A stretch of 64,000 bases of DNA, from assembly GCA_032718475.1 (NCBI GenBank), contig JAUCBJ010006254.1, positions 2,310-66,309 of the forward strand, in the 5' to 3' direction. The stretch is from Nemertoderma westbladi. Taxonomy: Eukaryota > Animalia > Xenacoelomorpha. Below, one piece after another: positions 23,253 through 34,400 of this stretch (its first letter is position 1; every line of letters begins with the position of its first letter). The translations under genes were made by a program, and so were the position numbers. The notes under the pieces are model-generated. The model was not told where the DNA came from. It did no database searches and saw nothing but the letters and a program-made list of their open reading frames with translations.

Positions 23253-23803
23253 TGATTACTAAAAGGTAGAACGAACCTTGGCAACGACAACTAAATAGTT
23301 TATCCGTCAATCAAGTGGCAATACTTTATTCCAGTTGTTGCGTTGTTCGTCGTAATTTCTCAATATAAACTCCATAGAGACTGAATATTAATACTGATCA
23401 TTAATCGTCATGTATGGGCAGTCATTGTCTTTAAACAAACTTTGTAAACTCTCCATTATAGTATATATTAGGTAAAAAAAAATTTGAAATGATAATTGGT
23501 GGTATACCAAAATCAGTGATATTGATTTACATTGCCTGTATATCTTTGCAACGTTGTGAAAATTATTTTGTATTTTCGCTTTAAACATTTTATTATTAAC
23601 TGTCATAATACCACCACCCCCCCCCCCCCCCCCCCCCCCAAATCCCCCATCAATTACAATTACACCAGAGGTACATATACTCTTGTAGTGCTTTTATGCA
23701 TGGTCAGACTTCCAAATCTAAAACTTACCAGTGGGCACCACGCTACGATTACTGATAACGATGGGGCGGGTAGACCCATCATTGATAATTATTTAAATTT
23801 CCG

Positions 23804-24697
23804 TAATTTATCTCCCTTTCTACCCGATCAGCTGCGTTTAATTTATCTCCCTTTCTATAATTTATCTCCCTTTCTACCCGATCAGCTGCGTTTAATTTAT
23901 CTCCCTTTCTACCCGATCAGCTGCGTTTAATTTATCTCCCTTTCTATAATTTATCTCCCTTTCTACCCGATCAGCTGCGTTTAATTTATCTCCCTTTCTA
24001 CTCGATCAGCTGCGTTTAATTTATCTCCCTTTCTATAATTTATCTCCCTTTCTACCCGATCAGCTGCGTTTAATTTATCTCCCTTTCTACCCGATCAGCT
24101 GCGTTTAATTTATCTCCCTTTCTACCCGATCAGCTGCGTTTAATTTATCTCCCTTTCTATCCGATCAGCTGCGTTTAATTTATCTCCCTTTCTATAATTT
24201 ATCTCCCTTTCTACCCGATCAGCTGCGTTTAATTTATCTCCCTTTCTATAATTTATCTCCCTTTCTACCCGATCAGCTGCGTTTAATTTATCTCCCTTTC
24301 TACCCGATCAGCTGCGTTTAATTTATCTCCCTTTCTACCCGATCAGCTGGGTTTAATTTATCTCCCTTTCTACCCGATCGGCTGCGTTTAATTTATCTCC
24401 CTTTCTATAATTTATCTCCCTTTCTACCCGATCAGCTGCGTTTAATTTATCTCCCTTTCTACCCGATCAGCTGCGTTTAATTTATCTCCCTTTCTATCCG
24501 ATCAGCTGCGTTTAATTTATCTCCCTTTCTATAATTTATCTCCCTTTCTATCCGATCAGCTGCGTTTAATTTATCTCCCTTTCTACCCGATCAGCTGCGT
24601 TTAATTTATCTCCCTTTCTACCCGATCAGCTGCGTTTAATTTATCTCCCTTTCTATAATTTATCTCCCTTTCTATCCGATCAGCTGCGTTTAATTTA
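23804..24697. repeat. 35-bp satellite, left arm
   Basis: Unit aatttatctccctttctacccgatcagctgcgttt, interspersed with the 19-bp short unit aatttatctccctttctat. Confidence 0.97.
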
Positions 24698-25899
24698 TGT
24701 AAAAGCTTTTGTGGGATAACTGATACGTTTGCCTTTGCTGGCCAGTTCCCCCCCAGTCGCTAGAATACTCTCAAAGGGATTTATAACTAAAATAGTGCAA
24801 GCTACCAGCTTATTGGCTGATGTGCTGTACGGAGATATCTGGGCTCAGTTTAATCGGCCAACTAGCTTAGAGAGGTTGCCTTAGCCTTGCTGTCCGTATC
24901 GGCCAATAGAATTTGAGTGGGCGTTGATTTCGACCTATCCCAGAGCCAGAGCTACTGAACTGAATTTCCTATCTCACTGCTCATCCTCTGTGTTGGACGG
25001 GAGCTTCGGGGAATAAGGGTAGTTGGTATACTCGTATAGTCATTCCAGTCATATGATTTTATATGATTCTGTTGTTGTGTTCCCATTTTCGCCATAACAC
25101 CGGCTTTTTGGGAAGAACTCTAGTAAAACTGCTTAAATTATCGAAAGTATAAACTGTTACCTACTCACTTACTTAACTAACTCACTTAATTTAACTGCAT
25201 TAATCATATTGTTTGTACTGTTATTTTACTGTCAGTTATTAATTGTATCTATTTGTTGATGGAAATATTGCTCTTTGGAGAATACGGATAAATCACCCAA
25301 AATTCCCAATTTTCTTGATACACTACAGGTTAGAGAGACGGGCTATATATAACAATTGCGATTTATATTAATGTGGTGTGTATTGAATCTAATGTTATTT
25401 AGCGGACCCTACATGAGTCAATTGCTGCTCTCTTTATGTGTGATCAAATATACTGACGGTCGGCAGAATAGTGTGCATGATTGTGATTGGTAACAAAGTA
25501 TTTCCTAAAGAATGCGCTTTATACTTTAATCATAAGCAGTATCGTTGCGTTTAGTATAAGTCCTAGTTCTGTTTAAATAGATAGAGCGCCACGTCCTAAA
25601 GGAACTGTTAATATTCCCCGAAAGCCAATAATATCTGTCAGGAATTAATTATTAATGATCTGTCGAATAATACAGTAAGTTTACGCTGCAACCTTACACT
25701 GCAATAATAAAATTTAAGCATCCGAATTCAGCCTCCCGGGTGTAGATCCATCGGGTGAATGATCGCGCATGGGCTGACTTCGGCTAATGTTTTGCGTATT
25801 AGCATAAAATATTGTCGTATGCTAAAGGTGTTTTAATTAACTAAAAGACATATAAATTTTGGCAGGTTAAACTGCTAAAGGTCTTCAAAAGCGCGAACA
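24698..25899 (+). repeat. 5' LTR (1202 bp)
   Basis: tgtaaaagcttttgtggg...aaaagcgcgaaca. By eye it differs from the 3' LTR by a 6-bp duplication (cagagc) and one substitution. AATAAA at 25706. Confidence 0.95.
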
Positions 25900-25912
25900 G
25901 TAACAGTTTATA
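25900..25912 (+). promoter_or_regulatory. Candidate self-priming primer-binding site
   Basis: gtaacagtttata directly after the LTR is the exact reverse complement of tataaactgttac at 25148-25160. No TGG tRNA-type PBS is present. Confidence 0.55.
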
Positions 25913-26204
25913 ATCTTATTGCAGTAGGCAATAAGGTTGCAAAATACCGTAGTGACTGGTAAAACTGAACCGGTACTTCTGTAGGTCAGTAGGCCTAACT
26001 GTCATCACCGGTACCGGTACTGCTGTACAAGTACATTTAGTATTATTCGATTTTGATTATTGTATACCGGTAGGCTGTTTAAGAGATTAGGGACTGTACA
26101 CCCCTTGTTTCTTTTGGAGCTTACTTATTTCTGTCGGTTTTATTTCCTAGTAAGTTAATATTGAGCTGAAGACGTGTAAGTCTGCTCAGATTGTGCAAGT
26201 AATT

Positions 26205-26770
26205 GTAGGCTGAACTGCTGTCTGACTGTGTTGAGTTTGGAGAGATTACGGCGTGTGTAGAGTTTGTCTGATAAAGTGCCGTTAGTAAGTTGGGGCAGCC
26301 ATATGCGGTAAGGTCAATCCCCTCTTAAAGAATAAGTCGTACTACCGTGTTAGAACGCATACTAACTAACAGTTTCAGAGTCTGCATATACTGTAGTTTA
26401 TTTAGGCTTGATCATAGTCTGCCAGTGTTTTAGTCTGTGTTTGTTTGTGTGGTCTGTTCAGGTACCGTAATAGTTATTACTCAAATATTTTGTAGGCTGG
26501 ATTGTTGTCTAGCTATTCTTAGGCCTGAAGGGATTGCTGCGTGTGTAGAGTTGGTCTGATAAAGTGCCGTTAGTAAGTTGGGGCAGCCATATGCGGTAAG
26601 GTCAATCCCCTCTTAAAGAGTAAGTCGTACTACCGTGTTAGAACGCATACTAACTAACAGTTTCAGAATCTGCACATACTGTAGTTTGTTTAGGCTTGAT
26701 AGTAGTCTGCCAGCGTTTAGTTTGTATTTTGTTTGAGTATTCTGTACGGGTAGCGTAATATTTATTATTC
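26205..26770 (+). repeat. Two-copy ~288-bp direct repeat in the 5' leader of the LTR element
   Basis: gcgtgtgtagagtt.gtctgataaagtgccgttagtaagttggggcagccatatgcgg... starts at 26251 and again at 26539. Confidence 0.9.
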
Positions 26771-28095
26771 AGAGTTTATGCGATTATTCGCAACATTCAT
26801 GTCCCCAAGTTTATTCCTACAGTAATTGTGCTTGTTATACATACCGTTATAGTTAAATTAACCCCGGTACTACATCAGGGCTGCTCGGCGTAGGTAAAGA
26901 CTGGAGATTTTGTGCTTCGGTCACTCCAGCAGATGCCGTGGTTCTTTTAACTGTTCAAGTATATTTAACTACTGATTATTTGTTATACCGGTACTTGTAC
27001 CTAATTTAGGGTTTAGTGTACAGTGCTTTCCGAAGTAATTAGTGTAGGCAGTATATTTGTGTTGTAAAGTGGTTGATAGGCACATTCGTTAGCTCTATTA
27101 GCTTCTGGGTAGGCAGGTAGGAACAATCCGTGATACATAACGTAGTACCTATAGCGATACGGTTATAGGTCGTCAGGCGGTGGTATTTTCCTATCTGGAC
27201 AGTACAATATATTTACTACTACTTATTATTTCAAATACCGTAGTACCCTGTCCGTTGTAATAACCAGAATTCTAACCCTTTGTTAGGCTGGTTTGTAGAC
27301 TTCCTGTAAAATTACCCTAAAAATTTCGTACGTAATATTTTGTTGTGTTTAATTAGAGAATTAATCTCACCCGTATCGTAAGTAATTTGTAGTAATTAAG
27401 TAACTTAGGTAAATTAGAATTATCAGTTTTAGTGTCAAATAAATAGCACTTCACTGAGAGGCGTTCAGCTTCTGTGTAGTGACTCCCCCAGAAATAATAA
27501 CATTTATTTCAAATATTGACAAAAACCCATATAAACGGGTATATAAATATTATAAATCAAATCAAACGATTTATAAATAGTAGGCCTGTCATACAACAAC
27601 TAGGTCTCACTACCAGTTGGACTACTGCTTAAATAACGGTAATAAAGTAAGTTAAAGTAACCAAGTAACCTTAAAATATTCAGAAATTCAATTATTCTAA
27701 AAAATAATTGACATACCGGTACTTACAATAGGCTTTTTATATTTATTTCTATAAATTTGAGCTGAAATCATACCGGTACTCTGTAATTAATTCTAGTCCA
27801 GAATTATACTTATATACTATAAGTGTAAGCTGCATACCGGTATTCACGATAGGCCTATTATATATTTATATATATTTGTGCTAAAATTATATACCGGTAC
27901 TCTGTGACAAATCTAGTCTGTAATAATACTTATATATATATTATAAGCATACCGGTATTCTAATATATTGTATATATATCACGTTACACTGAGTAACGGT
28001 GTCGGTAATAAATCGCTAGGCTTGCGGTCATACTGAATTACTAGACTTGCTTTAACTGAAACTATAGTAGTAGACATTCAACTGTATAACTAAAC

Positions 28096-31000
28096 ATGTC
28101 TGACACTCAGCAAAACCTGTCAGACAGTCTGATCGATACAACTATCTGTGATTCAGATAGGAGTGTGGAGCGAATAAGAAAGGAGTTCGGCTCACCTCCT
28201 ACTGTAAAAAAGGTCATCCCTCCAGTAGTATCAGACCCTAGGCTAGTCCACCATAGGTCCATCATAGGCACTCGGGCACAGGTAAAACGGGACCAAGAGG
28301 CAGTTGTCCTCTCGCAGCAACATCTTGGTCAAGAACCTACTTCCCAGCGACCCGATAGCTCCAGCAGTTCGGATACTGTAGAGTTGACTCCCGAACATGG
28401 AGTGCAGATGGCTGATACAGTCTACTCGGACCCCCTTCTTACTCTTCCTGCTGCAGTGCTAACTACTATATTCATTGCGGTGGAGGAACATCAAGCCGAC
28501 TGGGCGAAGAATAAGCGAGCGACCCAAGATAATTACGCGGGATACGCCAGGGAAGAATTGATATCTATTGTTGAATCACAATGGAACTTTCCCGGACTCG
28601 GACTTCCGTTGGATCTGTCCGAGGCTACTTGGGAAGATATACACAGGATGGGAGTGGCTAAAGATACAATGGATCCAGCTGTTTGGAAGAGGTCGGCAGC
28701 AGGATATGTGCAGGGATTCTTCGGATCCTTGGATCGATTGGAAGAACAACTGTTTCGACAACCTCACGGACCTCAAGAGCAGGAAGAGCTGCTATATCAA
28801 ATACGCGAAAGAACCCTACGCATACGACTAATCCTCTCAGCCTTTGAGGAAACTTCCAAAAGAAGACAGGACACGTCGCTGCAGGTTGTTGTCAAAACTT
28901 GGCTACATCGGGTAGATCTCAAAGTACAGGAAACGGCCCAGTGGAAATCCCAGCTGGCTGAGAGATCAACTTATGAAGAACCAACTGATGTCACCCTTTC
29001 TCAAGCGGAAAGCGAAGAGGCCGCCGAGAAACCGCGAACTAGAGACGCTATCGACATTTATTTGTCCGACTATCAGCGATTCCTAGGAGACGAAGAGTTG
29101 AGGAGACGGCTGTCTGGACTTTCCCCTAATAGTGAAGGAACCAAGCTTGTATTGGACTCAATCGATGCCGAAATGTTAGCTGCAAACCAAGCTAAATGTG
29201 ATGAAAAACTCCGTCTCACTAGAGTCCGAGAAGAACAAATAAAGAAAAGAAGGATAGAGGAACAAAAGGCGGCGGCTATGGCAGATGCAGAAGCAGAAAA
29301 AAAAGCAGCAAAGGCGGCGGCTATGGCAGATGCAGAAGCAGAAAGAAAAGCAGCAAAGGCGGCGGCTATGGCAGAAGCAGAAGTAGAAAGAAAGGCAGCG
29401 GCGGCAGATGCAGAAGCAGAAAGAAAGGCAGCGGCGGCAGATGCAGAAGCAGAAAGAAAAGCAGCAAAGGCAGTGGCAGAAGCAGAAAGGAGAGCATCTG
29501 AGCAGACTACCCAACTGGAGTTGGAAAATCTGCAAGAGACACAAGACAGTATAAATAAACAGTTTACTGCTAATCAAATGCAGATGATGAGAAAATCTAC
29601 TCCCAAGCGCCAGGGATACACATCCTCGGAGGAAGGCGATACTACCGATCCTGAAGGCGGAGGAAATAGATCTCATCTAAGTAGGCGTAGAAAAACATAT
29701 TACCGTCGCAAATTGCCTGATTTGCCCCCAGCTGTTAAAAGACAGCTAAATAGCACAGACTTAGGTAGTGCAGAACCCATAGAACAATTTATCCAGGTCA
29801 AAAGACTCCCTACTATAGTCGATGAACCTGAAATAATTAGGCCTGTTGTTCCCAAAGTCACTTCTGTGCTAGAGACCCCTACACTTCCAGAGCTTAACTC
29901 TAAATTCCCTTTACATAGTACTACCCTGCCTGTACCCGGTGGAACAGTCCCTGCAAATACCCCTGTCCAGATAGCAGAGAGAGAAATCAATAATTTGTCT
30001 CCCGTCGTCCCGCGTCAGCCCGCTACTATGTTGGCGACTCCCGCTTCGGCGGTTGAGTGGGTGGAAGAGGGACGGCGGGGGATGAATCTCCTGCTGGGAC
30101 AGATGCAGGAGACTGTCCACCAACTTAAGGGAACAGTGAGGGAAGGTAGAGCAGAGTTGCAAGAGGTGCAGCAAAGTATCGCACTAGAACGCGACAAATT
30201 AGTCAATATCCAAAAGGGCATACCAATACCCCCTGTAACATTGTGTCAACCTGTTAGGTCTGAAGTATTACATGCGCAAGGTGTGGAGCCTACACGCATC
30301 TATACTGCTAGTGAAGTTGAAACTCCTATAGCAAACCCTATTAAGGGTGATTATAGGCCTGTTATTAATGATATTCCCTATAGAACTGATAATGATCCGA
30401 GAAATTTATATACCGATAATTCGATATTAAATAACACGATGGCCCAAGAAAGCTTTACGCGTCAGATGGCTAGAACAGAAGCCCGCCAAGCGGTCAAAGT
30501 GGGAGAGATCGTCAAATTCAATGGAGATGAGATGAAATGGTTACCTTTCAACGAATATTACAAAGATAGCATACAGAACTCTGTACTATCTAACGGAGAG
30601 AAACTTAGATTCCTCATCAAGTGCTTGGAAGGACCTCCCAAGTTAATGGCGTTAAAGTTTATTGGACATCCAGATGGATTAAGACAAGTTTGGGATACAT
30701 TAAACATCAGGTATGGTAACAAGGATAACATAGCTAAGTATTTGTATGCAAAATTAGTAGCCCCCCGACACTTCCTTAGTAGCGGGATTATAGAGTTTTC
30801 CGATGAGATTCAAGAGATCTGTAGACAACTGGACTGGTTAGGTAAGTTGCATGAATATCAGAGTTCCATGGTCATTGGAGCCGTAGTCTCTACTTTACCA
30901 AAAGGTGGAGTATGTACGCGCTGGGACAAGAAAGTGTTGTACATGAATGAACAACAACGACGAAGTCCTACCATGGCTGATCTCATGTCCTTCTTAGATA

Positions 31001-32778
31001 GTGAAGTAAAATTACAACTCATAAGGCAGTCCAGAGAGAAAACATCGGAAAATAAGGTAAGTGAGAAACCCGTTTCTAGGAGAAGGATAATACCAGTGTG
31101 TTATACTGACGACGGCGAAAGCCAAGCTTCTCAAGAAGAGGACAGCGGGAAAGACACAGCAAAATCTTACTATGACAACAAGACCTATAAAGACGTAAGA
31201 AAATACAAGTCTCGAACCAGTGACAGGAGAGAACAGGTAACAACAACTCCTCCTACGTCTCCTAAGAGAATTCACGGAAGAAAGCCCGAAGAAAGAACGA
31301 GAGTGCATAACGTTAACCAAGTTAAGGTGAGTAACATCAAACCAAAATGTGCGCTGTGCGACGGGCCCCACCGTTTGAGTGCGTGTGCTGAATTTCTAAA
31401 GAAATCCCCTGTAGACAGACGTACAGTCCTGTGGAATAAGCGGTTATGCTATAATTGCCTCAGATCAGGACACCAACGGCGAACCTGTTACTCCGACGTA
31501 AAGTGTGCAAAGTGTGGCGCGAAACATCACATCTTGTTACACAGTGAGTTCGAACGAGACAACCCGAGTCAGGTAAGTGAGCCCGAACTACATGTCCAAT
31601 TCAGTGATGTGAACGACACTGACCAAGGTTCTGAGTGGGAAGGATTCTATACAGACGAATTCTCCGATGCCAACGAATCCTGTTATCTAATAAATACCAC
31701 AGTGTATCGAGCACTTACGTATGAAAAGGACACTGACGAGTTTACTCCAACTCCTTTTGACAAACAACCATCTTGGAAAGTTCCAACTTCCAACATAGGA
31801 ATAAGAGAATTTCCTGTAGTGCAAGTGAGAGTTCATGGTCTCAACAAGAGTTACATAGTGAACGCCCTACTTGACTCCGGCAGCACAGGAACATTCATCG
31901 ATCAAGAACTAGCCGAAGATATCTTTGCTGGACAACCCAAGTTCCGGACTAAATTGAATATGTCAGGAATTATGCAGGTTTGGAAATCTACCCTAACGGC
32001 AGATTACTATGTAGGTGTGTTGTCCACCCCCCAGGATAAGTTAGGAACACAAGGTATAAGGTCAGTAAAAATGGTGGCTATAAAGAACTTTGCTACTACT
32101 CAAGCAGAACCTTATAATTGGGACGAGGACGAGTGCATCCAACATCTTGAGATACCTCGATTCCAAACCGATTATCCTGGAGTGCAAATCCTCATCGGCC
32201 AAAACGCGCATGAGGCGCTCGAGACATTGGAGAAACGGCCTGCTCAACCGCAGCCATTACAAACTTATGCGGTAAGAACTAGAGTAGGTTGGTACTTTAC
32301 TGGCCCTTCCCGCAGAACTCTTGAAGAAAGATTGCCACAAGACCGGCTACTTCAAGTAAAGGATTGGGAAGAGGGGAGCAGTGAAGTGGACGAACCCACT
32401 GAGGTAACACCATACTCCTCAGATAATGACGATATTAACTCCAATGTAGATCAATGGAGACATCGCCCCGAGATGATTAATCTAGCCGACATCGCTTCCA
32501 GAGGAGCAACTCCTCAAGAACGGATAGATACTCCCGGCTGGTTAGGTGGACCCTACTCCCTAAGTAAAGAAGAAGATGAATGGCCTCCTCATCTTACCAC
32601 TGCGGAGATTAGACAGGCCAAGGGAGCGGAGGAAGTAACACGACAGCCTAATCGCCCAGCTGGTCGCTTAGGTTTACTGGAAAGAGACCGAAAACTGTCC
32701 GGAAACCATGGAAGGCAAGATACTCTTCCTACGACCACTTCCCTAATTCGACAAAGATCTAGGGACTCCATAACGTAA
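28096..32778 (+). CDS. BEL/Pao Gag-protease polyprotein (1560 aa) with an RNase H C-terminal remnant; no RT or integrase
   Basis: DUF1759-like capsid region KFNGDEMKWLPF...NGEKLRFLIKCLEG. Triple knuckle CALCDGPHRLSAC / CYNCLRSGHQRRTC / CAKCGAKHHILLH. Protease ALLDSGSTGTFI...ILIG...TRVGWYFTGP. Then QWRH...NLADIASRG...WLGGP...EWP. Confidence 0.9.
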   Translation: MSDTQQNLSDSLIDTTICDSDRSVERIRKEFGSPPTVKKVIPPVVSDPRLVHHRSIIGTRAQVKRDQEAVVLSQQHLGQEPTSQRPDSSSSSDTVELTPEHGVQMADTVYSDPLLTLPAAVLTTIFIAVEEHQADWAKNKRATQDNYAGYAREELISIVESQWNFPGLGLPLDLSEATWEDIHRMGVAKDTMDPAVWKRSAAGYVQGFFGSLDRLEEQLFRQPHGPQEQEELLYQIRERTLRIRLILSAFEETSKRRQDTSLQVVVKTWLHRVDLKVQETAQWKSQLAERSTYEEPTDVTLSQAESEEAAEKPRTRDAIDIYLSDYQRFLGDEELRRRLSGLSPNSEGTKLVLDSIDAEMLAANQAKCDEKLRLTRVREEQIKKRRIEEQKAAAMADAEAEKKAAKAAAMADAEAERKAAKAAAMAEAEVERKAAAADAEAERKAAAADAEAERKAAKAVAEAERRASEQTTQLELENLQETQDSINKQFTANQMQMMRKSTPKRQGYTSSEEGDTTDPEGGGNRSHLSRRRKTYYRRKLPDLPPAVKRQLNSTDLGSAEPIEQFIQVKRLPTIVDEPEIIRPVVPKVTSVLETPTLPELNSKFPLHSTTLPVPGGTVPANTPVQIAEREINNLSPVVPRQPATMLATPASAVEWVEEGRRGMNLLLGQMQETVHQLKGTVREGRAELQEVQQSIALERDKLVNIQKGIPIPPVTLCQPVRSEVLHAQGVEPTRIYTASEVETPIANPIKGDYRPVINDIPYRTDNDPRNLYTDNSILNNTMAQESFTRQMARTEARQAVKVGEIVKFNGDEMKWLPFNEYYKDSIQNSVLSNGEKLRFLIKCLEGPPKLMALKFIGHPDGLRQVWDTLNIRYGNKDNIAKYLYAKLVAPRHFLSSGIIEFSDEIQEICRQLDWLGKLHEYQSSMVIGAVVSTLPKGGVCTRWDKKVLYMNEQQRRSPTMADLMSFLDSEVKLQLIRQSREKTSENKVSEKPVSRRRIIPVCYTDDGESQASQEEDSGKDTAKSYYDNKTYKDVRKYKSRTSDRREQVTTTPPTSPKRIHGRKPEERTRVHNVNQVKVSNIKPKCALCDGPHRLSACAEFLKKSPVDRRTVLWNKRLCYNCLRSGHQRRTCYSDVKCAKCGAKHHILLHSEFERDNPSQVSEPELHVQFSDVNDTDQGSEWEGFYTDEFSDANESCYLINTTVYRALTYEKDTDEFTPTPFDKQPSWKVPTSNIGIREFPVVQVRVHGLNKSYIVNALLDSGSTGTFIDQELAEDIFAGQPKFRTKLNMSGIMQVWKSTLTADYYVGVLSTPQDKLGTQGIRSVKMVAIKNFATTQAEPYNWDEDECIQHLEIPRFQTDYPGVQILIGQNAHEALETLEKRPAQPQPLQTYAVRTRVGWYFTGPSRRTLEERLPQDRLLQVKDWEEGSSEVDEPTEVTPYSSDNDDINSNVDQWRHRPEMINLADIASRGATPQERIDTPGWLGGPYSLSKEEDEWPPHLTTAEIRQAKGAEEVTRQPNRPAGRLGLLERDRKLSGNHGRQDTLPTTTSLIRQRSRDSIT

Positions 32779-33321
32779 TTATATATGGAGTGGGTGTATG
32801 TCTATATTATTTTATCTATTTTTATTACATTTTATATGTGAACTTTATTATGTACTTTATTATAATCGTTTTTATTCAATTTTTATTTAGTAGAATGCTA
32901 TTTTAGAATGTTTAGTAGATTAGTGCAATATATTAGTGTTTATTACGTACATAATTACTTATAATATATATTTAGTGCGACGGCAAGAAGTAATTATTTT
33001 CTCTTTCCTTACTGTCCGTATTATATTATAAATGCGAGACTATAGTAAGATGACATGTCAGTACTTCTTAAAGTACAATAAAGCCACTACTATATTTAAG
33101 TATTATTGGTAGGCAGAGTATTAGGAATGCAAAGTTCAGATCCTCGTGTCTCGGCTAAACCAAGCTCTGGGTAGACCTTGGAAACGACTTGCCTCTTCAC
33201 ACTGACATTGCTTCGTGCGATATTGCTCTTCTACCTTATAACAAATAATACATATAGTAGCGTGATGTCCCTCTAACAGTAGCGTAAATCGCAAATAAAT
33301 CTGTTAAACTTTTGACCATCT

Positions 33322-33590
33322 GTAATTCTAGTCGATTAAGATATCGTGGCACCCACCGATATACTTGAAAGACAAATTCTAGAATCAGTGGTTAACGTCC
33401 CCAGACAAGTTCTGGAATAAATCGGTGCCCATCCTAAATATTAATTTAATATTTATTAAAATCTGTAAAATTCAGATCCGTTAACAATTCTAGTCGATTA
33501 AGATATCGTAGCACTTACCGATACTCTTAAAAGACAAATTTCATAGAATTAAGGATCCTATGTCCCCAGACCTGCTCTGGAATCAAATTG
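33322..33590 (+). repeat. Two-copy ~160-bp direct repeat in the 3' internal region of the LTR element
   Basis: aattctagtcgattaagatatcgt.gcac..accgata...aaagacaaatt...tccccagac recurs at ~33324 and ~33486. Confidence 0.75.
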
Positions 33591-34400
33591 TGTCAATTTT
33601 AACATCAAATAATAAAATTCACGGGAATAAATTTAAATTCATATTCGAATGAATTTCATAAATTGTCATTTTGTGCAATTTATAACATTCCCAAAATTCC
33701 AGTAATTAATAGATCATGGGAGCGGAGATTCATATTGAGTGTACTAGAGTGCGAGAATCTCCAATATATAGTCAATAGCCGATAAAATTTGTAAAATCAT
33801 GCATAAAGAGAATATTGACAATTAAAGAATTACTATTAAATAACATCCCAGATCTGTATGCATGAGAAGTACCCTAATTCTACCGCTAGTTTTCCATAAT
33901 GTCACCATGGCAACACCCACGCTAGAATTAGAAGCAAGTTAAAGGAACAATAAAAGGCTTGCCCCATTGCGTAGCATAAGAGTATACATAGCGCACTATT
34001 AGTATCCAAGGATACATAGTAATAACGTGACATTCTGGAAGACACTGACTAACGGACAAATGGCATGCATGTGTGCAGTAATTAATGATTGTATGGAATT
34101 TGTGCGTTTGTAGGTGAATGTTACTACTAAAGTGTGTTTACAGTAGCTAATCGCAATTGTAAAGTAGCCCTAACTCTACCGAGATAACCTCAAGTGGATT
34201 CAAGCCTTTGGGACGGACAGTGGTGGGACTTGTGCCGGTTATCGTTGTCGTGCTGTTGCTACATGTTGGCGTAAACACTGCGACAGCGGTACATCGGCGC
34301 TGAGAAACCCACTGTCCGGGGGCAAAAGCCTAGTAGGCAGCGACGCCCGCTTGCCTAAAATATTAACTTATATTGATATTAATAAACTCAGATAACAGAT

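Noticed and set aside
23532-23930. 132-aa ORF with poly-Pro
   Set aside because: Derived from a poly-C run and the start of the satellite.
17982-32771. Antisense or alternative-frame ORFs within the LINE and Gag ORFs
   Set aside because: Short shadow ORFs of long coding frames with no motifs.
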